Below are positions 50,321 through 57,261 of a stretch of 57,261 bases of DNA, one piece after another (positions within the stretch are counted from its first letter, which is position 1; every line of letters starts with the position of its first letter). A program made the position numbers and the translations under genes. The notes under the pieces are model-generated. The model was not told the origin of the DNA and did no database searches. It was given only the letters and a program-made list of their open reading frames with translations. The DNA comes from a virus (lineage: Duplodnaviria > Heunggongvirae > Uroviricota > Caudoviricetes): IMG/VR virus record IMGVR_UViG_3300028591_000088, one strand, 5' to 3'.

Positions 50321-52185
50321 TAATTAAATTAAAGAATGGAGATAAAATAGGAATAAGAAGGATGCAAACAGCTGCTGGAGGTCCATTGTTTCCTTGGTAG
50401 TAGAATACTGAATGGATTGATAACTGGAAATTTAGAACAACTCCAGCTAGTAGATCTAGAGTTTTATCAGGAAAAGGCGTTGAAACTGATAAACAATATA
50501 CAGAACGTAGAAAAAAAGAAACTACTAAAAGGACATGGAGAAGTAATGCAGCTGATATTGCTCACGGAATTGGTGAGGGAGTTTTAGCTTTACATCCTTA
50601 TACAGCAATTCCATATTTCGGTGCTAAAGTAGGATAGGACTTTTTAAATGGAACTTACGGATGGCATACAGCTTTAAATGCTTCTGTTCCTTTGTTTCAT
50701 TTAGCTCCACAAGCTGTAGGATTAAGAGAAGCAACAAATGTAGCATTAGAAGATGCAGCAAATGCTGGTAGTAAAACAGCAAAAACTTATTTAATATCCA
50801 GAGAATTAAAGAGTACAATAAAAAAGGGATTAAAACCAGCTCCATCTAAAACTGACAAGCACCCTTATGATATAAATGATATTATATCTAATTATAATAG
50901 TGGAAAGCAAAATTTAGAAAGTTGGTGGTTAGATAGAGAATTAACTACAGGAGATCCCAATAAACTGGTACATTTTGATAATGGAGATTTTAAACCTCAT
51001 TTTTGGAAACATGATATTCATGGAAATAAAGTAAAAGGCGCATACATAAATGATGGTAAATTAATTCCATCAGGAGAAGGTGAGCTTTAGAGATTATGGT
51101 GGAGTCCAGGTAAACCTTTTTAGGATTCACATTTTAGATATGAACAATCTTCCAATTGGGGATAGCCTAAGAGATATATAACTGTAGATAGAAACGCTGG
51201 TGACTTCGAATAGATGTACTATTCAGATCCAATTACAATGCGTCCTATACCAGGTGATGAAATACTATCTAATGGTCCTGTAGATTTATCCAATGCTTCT
51301 ATAATACAAAAGAGTCCATTTGGATGGTGGGAAAGAGTAAAGTCAACTCCTGAAAATAGAATTTAGTTAAGCACACCATCTAAACAATAGAGAGTAGTAT
51401 CCGAAGGTACTTATCCTTGGTATAGGGGTAAATAGCATTCTATAAATGAAGTAGTAAATCCAGATGTCAAAGTATTACCTAAAAGAATAATAACAGATAT
51501 ACCAGAAGAAAAAATTTCAACATTAAGTTGGAATCATGCAACTAAGTTGGCTGATAATGATAAACTTATTACATTGCATAATTAGTTTGCATAGCAATAT
51601 GGATATCCAGAACTTCCTTATACTTTAGCATCATCTAATAGAAGAACTAATCAAGCAATACGTAAAACTATTGCTAGACATAATTCTTTTTATAGAGGAG
51701 TAAATCCGCAGATGGCTACTAAAGAAGATAAACTTCATTATATGGAATCTCTCAAGGAAGGAGAACAACCTACTGTTCAAGGATTTATAAAGTTTGCAGC
51801 TACAACACCACGTTCTAATGGTGCTGGTATATTTGTTTCTCCATTCAGTGCTAACTCTTCTATATATGGTAATGGAACTACTAATCTAGTTAGAAGACCA
51901 TATAAGTTAAGCAAAGATAGAATGAATTGGTTTAAAGAAGGAGATTTTGAAGTATAGTCTATTTATGATAGCAAGAAAGACTTATCAGGACATCCAGTTT
52001 TAAATCCTTGGGAAGTTATAAGATATCCTTTTACTCCTAAGCCTAATAATGGAACTGTTCCTGCTAATGAACTTGTCCTATTTAATAAATTACATTATGT
52101 AGGACCAAGAACCTATAAAGCTACTGGGGAGACTACAAATAAAACTAACGTAACTTTAATACATAGAAAAGGAGGAAGATTATGA
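50317..52185 (+). CDS. Cargo-like hypothetical protein (622 aa, TAG=Gln)
   Basis: Joins ORFs 50692 and 51712; ends HRKGGRL*. Confidence 0.72.
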
Positions 52186-52400
52186 TATTATATTTAAAAG
52201 ACGGAAATAAAATTCACATAAAAAAGAAAAACAGAGGTAAGTTTACTGCATACTGTGGAGGTAATGTAACTTCGGCTTGCATAGCTAAAGCAAAAGCTAG
52301 TGGTAATCCTACTTTAATAAAGAGAGCTACTTTTGCAGCTAATGCTCGTAAATGGAAACATAAGGAAGGAGGAAAGCTATGCCTAATCCCAAGAAATTAA
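52182..52400 (+). CDS. Small basic protein (72 aa)
   Basis: IHIKKKNRGKFT..KRATFAANARKW..EGGKL, a motif recalled from crAss-like phages. Confidence 0.75.
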   Translation: MILYLKDGNKIHIKKKNRGKFTAYCGGNVTSACIAKAKASGNPTLIKRATFAANARKWKHKEGGKLCLIPRN

Positions 52401-53668
52401 CAGATACTTAGAGAAATTGGAATATAGCTAAATCCTATTTAAAAGAAGGTCCAAGTCTTCCTAATATTTTGAAGGCTTTGAAATATCTTCTTGATGGGCC
52501 TAGTTCTAAGTAGACTGGCTCTCCTCCAATTCTTCCTGGGTTCCATTTAAAGGGATTACAGCAAGGAAGTATACTTGAATAGTAGCTTTCTAAATTAGGT
52601 ACTATAAGTACTAATGCAGTGAAGTCCCTTGCTAATAAGAGTAGTAAGTTTGAAGGAAAACTTCTCAATACTGTGCTTGATAATTAGTTTCCTAATTAGA
52701 GAGTAGTTGACTATAATAAACTTAGAGGTGCTGTTTAGAAGTAGCTTATACCTTATGAAACTAAAGAGACTACTAAGTATGCAAACTACGGAATGGATAG
52801 GCTTGGACTTGATGATTTTCAACTAGTAAATGGTGAATTTGTTAGACCAACTCCTCTTACTTTTACTTTTGAATCTCCTAAAATACCAATGGGAAATGGA
52901 CTTCATTATAGTAAGAACACATTAGGACATACAAGAGCTTTTACATAGAATGATGGAGTTCTTTCTGTTATGGAATCCTAGAGTGACTGGGCTCAACATC
53001 CTTGGGGAATGGTTACTTATAATAAAATGAATAAAGCTGCACCTCATAGACTTTCTTAGTTAAGAAAAATGATAGCTCAATAGAAAGAGAGAGGTTTGCC
53101 TACCTAGGAAACTGAGAGCAGAATACCTTATCAATTATAGTACAAAAATGTTTCTGCAGAACATATAAAGCACTTATAGGATACTTACTTACAAAAGTAG
53201 CTATAGGAAAATATGCTATTTGCTTCTAGAAGAGGTTTCAATAAAATGAGATATCCGACTAGAGATACTGCTATAAAAGTAGAAGGTTATGAACCAACCT
53301 TATTATTTTAGGGACATCCAGAACTTGAATAGAAAGCTCTTAGTATACAAGACTAGATAGGATAGTTAGAGTTACAATTACATCAAGGTACTAATATTTT
53401 TAATTATAATAGACTATCTAAGTAGCTGCAAGCCTTAAAAAATTAGTACAATATTCTTAAATAGTAGAGTACAGGACAAGTTTATTCTCCACAAGAAGAA
53501 ACCATCCTTAAAAAGTATGACCAGTTCCCTAAAATGTTTGGTAAAGTATTTAAGGATTAGAAACCCTAGATAGTAAGTGATTCTAAAGGAAATAGCTGGT
53601 TTGAATTTGCAGTACCTAAGAATATGTAGCAGATGGAGCTTGTATATAAGAATGGTGGATGTCTATGA
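52379..53668 (+). CDS. Cargo-like protein with LGHTR...ESQSDWAQ motif (429 aa, TAG=Gln)
   Basis: ATG 52379 to TGA 53668; many TAGs; ends YKNGGCL*; absent from the ORF track. Confidence 0.75.
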
Positions 53669-53916
53669 AGAAAAATAAGTTCTATAAAGAGAATAAAAGA
53701 ATTCTTTAGGAGCATAAAACTAAATGTTGTATATGTGGTGAGGATGCAAAATGTTGTTTAGAATTCCATCATTTAAGAGATAAGTTATATAATATATCAG
53801 AAGCAGCTAGTCATATACCAACAGACCTATTTATATAGGAGCTAAATAAATGTGTATGTATATGTTCTAACTGTCATAAAAAACTACATAATGGAATACT
53901 CAGATTACCAAGTTAA
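53665..53916 (+). CDS. HNH endonuclease (83 aa, TAG=Gln)
   Basis: CCICG...LEFHH...CSNCHKKLH. Confidence 0.82.
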
Positions 53917-54592
53917 ATATATCGATAATGTACTTCCAGATTCTAGACCTCTAGATATTCCTTCAGGAGAAATTTAGTACCTTGATATTGGGAACATATC
54001 CCATTTAAATGGAGAAGCCTTACCTGCTACTTCTCTTATATAGGAGGAAGTAAAAGAAAATCCAGTAAAAAAAGTAATAAATAAAGCTCCTACTTTTAAA
54101 ATATCTAAAGGATTACGTGATTTTAGTACTAATTATAATGAAGCCCTAAAAGTAGGAGGAGACGAAGCAAAGCAACTATAGAGTAGAAGAACTCTACTTA
54201 CACATATTGCTTAGATAGAATCTGGATTTAACTCCTTTATATAGAATAGAAGTGGAGCTCCTGCATATGGATATTTCCAATTTATGTAGGGAAATTACAA
54301 AGGAAAAAATTATAATAATGTAGGTTTATATGGAGGTGTAGATTTAAATACATTTAGAAATTCTCCAGTATTACAGATAAGAGCTGCTAATAAACTTGCT
54401 AATTCATTTATATAGAGTTTTAGTAAAACAGAACTTAATAGATTACATAACATGGGATGGACAGATAATGCAATTATTGCAGGTTGTTGGTTAGGAGGCC
54501 CTGGAGGAGTAAGAGCTTATGCTTTTAATAATAATAATAGAAGTGATGGTGCTACTACTGTAGGTGCTCGAATGAAAGCTTTTAATTACTAA
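53891..54592 (+). CDS. Lytic transglycosylase (SLT/lysozyme-like) (233 aa, TAG=Gln)
   Basis: IAQIESGFN (catalytic Glu), AYGYFQF, WLGGPGGV. Confidence 0.82.
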
Positions 54593-54909
54593 TGGTTATT
54601 TATAATAATATTATCCCATTTAAAGGGTATAAAGCAATAAACTTGTTTGGGTTTATTTTTGCACGTAAAGGTTGCAATCTTACAGATGTTGATATTAATC
54701 ATGAAAAGATTCATACTGCATAGATGATAGAACTTTTATTTATAGGATTCTATTTATGGTATTTTATTGAATGGCTTATCCTTCTTATTAAGTATCGTAA
54801 TGCACATACAGCTTATAGAAATATAAAATTCGAAAAAGAAGCCTATCAATGTCAAGGAATGCCTTATTATTTAGGATTTAGACCATTTTTTAGTTTCTTA
54901 TCATTTTGA
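54592..54909 (+). CDS. Small zincin-like (HExxH) membrane protein (105 aa, TAG=Gln)
   Basis: INHEKIHTAQM...FYLWYFIEW...FEKEAY. Confidence 0.75.
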
Positions 54910-54919
54910 GGTACACAGA

Positions 54920-54948
54920 AAAAGCTCTCCCGATAAAGGAGGGCTTTT
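54920..54948 (+). terminator. Intrinsic terminator
   Basis: AAAAGCTCTCC-loop-GGAGGGCTTTT followed by a T-rich tail. Confidence 0.7.
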
Positions 54949-55090
54949 ATTGTTTTATATAGTTATAAACAAGAGATTTTTAAAAAATTTTTTGTAAATA
55001 ATTTTTACTTCAAAAATATAGTCATATAATTGAATTACTTAACGCGTTGAGATTAGACAACTAACCTTTTATGAATTTTATTTAACTTTT

Positions 55091-55966
55091 ATGGACGAAA
55101 AAATTGTAACAGTACCCACTGGTATGGATTCTGCTAGCTTGATGGCTATGCAACAAAATTAGATGTTTAATAATCCTTGGGCTTACTTAATTCTTCTATC
55201 TATATTCCAAAATGGAGGTTTTGGTAATAGATTTGGAAATGGAGGAATGGGTCCTGGAGGTGCAGTAGTTGCTACAGATATAGATGCTAAGCTAAATGCT
55301 TTATCTAATTAGATTTCACAGAATTAGAGTACAGACAGTATTTTAAGTGCTATACAAGGAAATGCATTTGCACAATCTCAGCTTGCTCAGAACTTGAATG
55401 TGGATTTTAATGCAGTACAGGGAGGTATAGGCAGTTTAAATATGGCTATTGCACAGGTTGGATCACAAACAGGTCTTGGAATAATGGGAGTTCAGCAAGC
55501 AATATCTAATGGTAATCTGAATATTATACAGAACCTTAAAGATTGTTGCTGCGGAATAAAGACTGAAGTACTACAGCAAGGATTTAATTCTCAGTTGCAA
55601 ACTGTAGAACAGACCAATACTTTAAATTCTAACATTACAAATCAAGGATTTGAAAACAGACTTGCAGTACTTGGACAAACAAATGCTTTAAGTAGTGCAA
55701 TAACCAATCAAGGTTATGAAAATCAGATAAGAACAATCAATCAGACTTAGGATATTCTTCTTGGAGTAAGAGCTGAAAATACTTTAACTAGAGCTTCTAT
55801 TGATTCATTTAGACAAGCTTGGGAACAAGGAAGATACGCAGACTTACTAGAAGAAAAGAACAATTTACAAAATAGATTGAATCTTCTTGAATTACAGAAT
55901 AATGAGACGGCTGCTATAAATGCTGCTATTGCTCCTCTAATTAATAAGTCTTCTACTGGTGCATGA
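55091..55966 (+). CDS. Conserved phage protein with Gly-rich N-terminus and CCC motif (291 aa, TAG=Gln)
   Basis: NNPWAYLI..GGFGN..LKDCCCGIK; in frame with ORF 55394..55750. Confidence 0.75.
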
Positions 55967-56436
55967 TTTTCAAGGAACTCAAAAAAGGCTTACCTGTTTA
56001 TATTTTAAATAAAAATACTTTGGAATATAGTCAAGGTAAAGTTATATAGGATGCTACTCCGCAAAGAATGAATCCAACTTTTGGACAAGGCTTACTTACT
56101 GATGTTAGCATAGAAGCTGGAGGCGTTACAAAGATATGGACTCTGCCAGCAGATTAGAAAGTAGCAGAAATGTAGAGTGATAGTGATACTATAATAGCAA
56201 TAGATAAAAGTACTATTCTAGCAATGGTCAAGTCTATACATGGAGAGTGTGAGTCCTATTTAGAAGGAGTTCCCCATTATGAAGAGAAATTAGAAAAAGC
56301 TAAAGGGCTTATTATAGAACTAGACCAGACATATAAACAATAGCAGTAGACTGAAGAACGATTTACTAAGATAGAATAGTCTATTGAAGGAATAAATAGT
56401 TCTTTGGCTCTCATTTTAAAAGCTGTAAACAAATGA
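55963..56436 (+). CDS. Conserved hypothetical protein (157 aa, TAG=Gln)
   Basis: MIFKELKKGLPVYIL...coiled-coil C-terminus; ATGA overlaps. Confidence 0.72.
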
Positions 56437-56882
56437 TAAAGAATGTACTAGAAAAGTATGGTAGCTCTAATGCTACTCTAGATTTATTGGTATCTGTATT
56501 AGAAGAGCATTTATCTGAAGAGGAATGTGAGGAACTATCTAAATAGATATATGAAAGTACTCAAGGATAGCACTTTGATGAATGTTTTGCTAAGAAACAA
56601 ATATCTAAGATGTATTATACTGATTCTGATGGTAGACATTATGCTCCTTATTGGGAAGATGTATCTGCTATTTATAATATGAATAAAAGAAGCCTTAATA
56701 AAGACTACAATAAGTGGGATTTTGAGGTTACTATGAATATGATAAAGAGTGATTATTTTCCTTTATTGAGATAGTGGTTTCCTGATGAGAAAGATCTTAG
56801 GGATAAAATAATAGAACTTACAATCAATTGGTTAAATGATGAAGATTACCCAGACCACAAGATTTGGAATTACTTCAAATAA
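56433..56882 (+). CDS. Conserved hypothetical protein (149 aa, TAG=Gln)
   Basis: HFDECFA..YNKWDFEVTMNMIKSD..WLNDED..KIWNYF. Confidence 0.75.
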
Positions 56883-56918
56883 AAAAAAAAAGCCGGCCCT
56901 TACAGGTCGGCTATTTTT
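56881..56918. terminator. Bidirectional terminator between convergent blocks
   Basis: A-run, stem AGCCGGCC/GGTCGGCT, then ATTTTT. Confidence 0.75.
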
Positions 56919-57259
56919 GTTTCTATAATAGACTTCATATTATCTAGATTTACTTTATAAAGAGGAATATTATATTTTTGACAGGTTAATTTTACGTTTG
57001 TGTATCTATAAAATTCTGGATTGCAGAAAACTATAATTCTGCCAGATTGTGCATAAAGTCCAAGTTCTAAAAGGGATATAGGACTTTTAGAGTCATCAAG
57101 TAAACACATTATAATAATGTCTGAATTATCAAGATGCTCTTGTTCCCATCTAATCTGGTACTCAAGTTGAGATGGAAGAGGACTGTCTGTCCATTGTTTT
57201 CTACGAGGATTATAAAATATTACATCTAAGTCTTGGCATCTATTTATTATGTCTTCTTG
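56900..57259 (-). CDS. Nucleoside 2-deoxyribosyltransferase-like protein (5' end outside window)
   Basis: FYNPRR..QIRWEQEHLDNSDII..SPISLLELGL..YRYTNV. Confidence 0.75.
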   Translation of the reverse strand, partial: QEDIINRCQDLDVIFYNPRRKQWTDSPLPSQLEYQIRWEQEHLDNSDIIIMCLLDDSKSPISLLELGLYAQSGRIIVFCNPEFYRYTNVKLTCQKYNIPLYKVNLDNMKSIIETKIADL

Positions 57260-57261
57260 CC

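Noticed and set aside
50624-52822. Minus-strand ORFs 50624..50845, 52435..52668 and 52595..52822
   Set aside because: Antisense to the reconstructed plus-strand genes
49825-55090. Suppressor tRNA in intergenic gaps
   Set aside because: The gaps are short and AT-rich with no cloverleaf or T-loop motif visible

Overview
This is the structural/late region of a crAss-like (Crassvirales-type) Bacteroidetes phage that reads TAG as glutamine (genetic code 15). The supplied standard-code ORF track is therefore fragmented. With TAG=Gln the fragments join into long in-frame genes that end in TAA/TGA and are mostly coupled by ATGA/TAATG overlaps. A long minus-strand block runs from ~49.8 kb leftwards: holin-like protein, PD-(D/E)xK nuclease, GroES-like protein, cargo-like protein, TerL and portal. 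About 37 kb of tail/fibre genes follow, including a 1260-aa lamin-tail/metallophosphoesterase and a 2568-aa LamG/CotH-kinase-like/LRR protein. The block ends with a GH108 endolysin, a scaffold-like protein and the major capsid protein (MCP). A plus-strand block (50.0-56.9 kb) encodes cargo-like proteins, an HNH, a lytic transglycosylase, a zincin and a conserved three-gene cluster. The most striking feature is an apparently intact group I intron in the last codons of the MCP gene. Its P1 loop holds a GIY-YIG endonuclease and also an in-frame duplicate of the 3' exon, so spliced and unspliced mRNA should both give a complete capsid protein, with different C-termini. Other highlights are a candidate -1 frameshift/slippage site, a coupled phosphatase/kinase-like pair among the tail genes, and uneven TAG usage. 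Long genes were checked by frame arithmetic against the ORF fragments and by partial reading, not base by base. Functions come from recalled motifs, not database searches.
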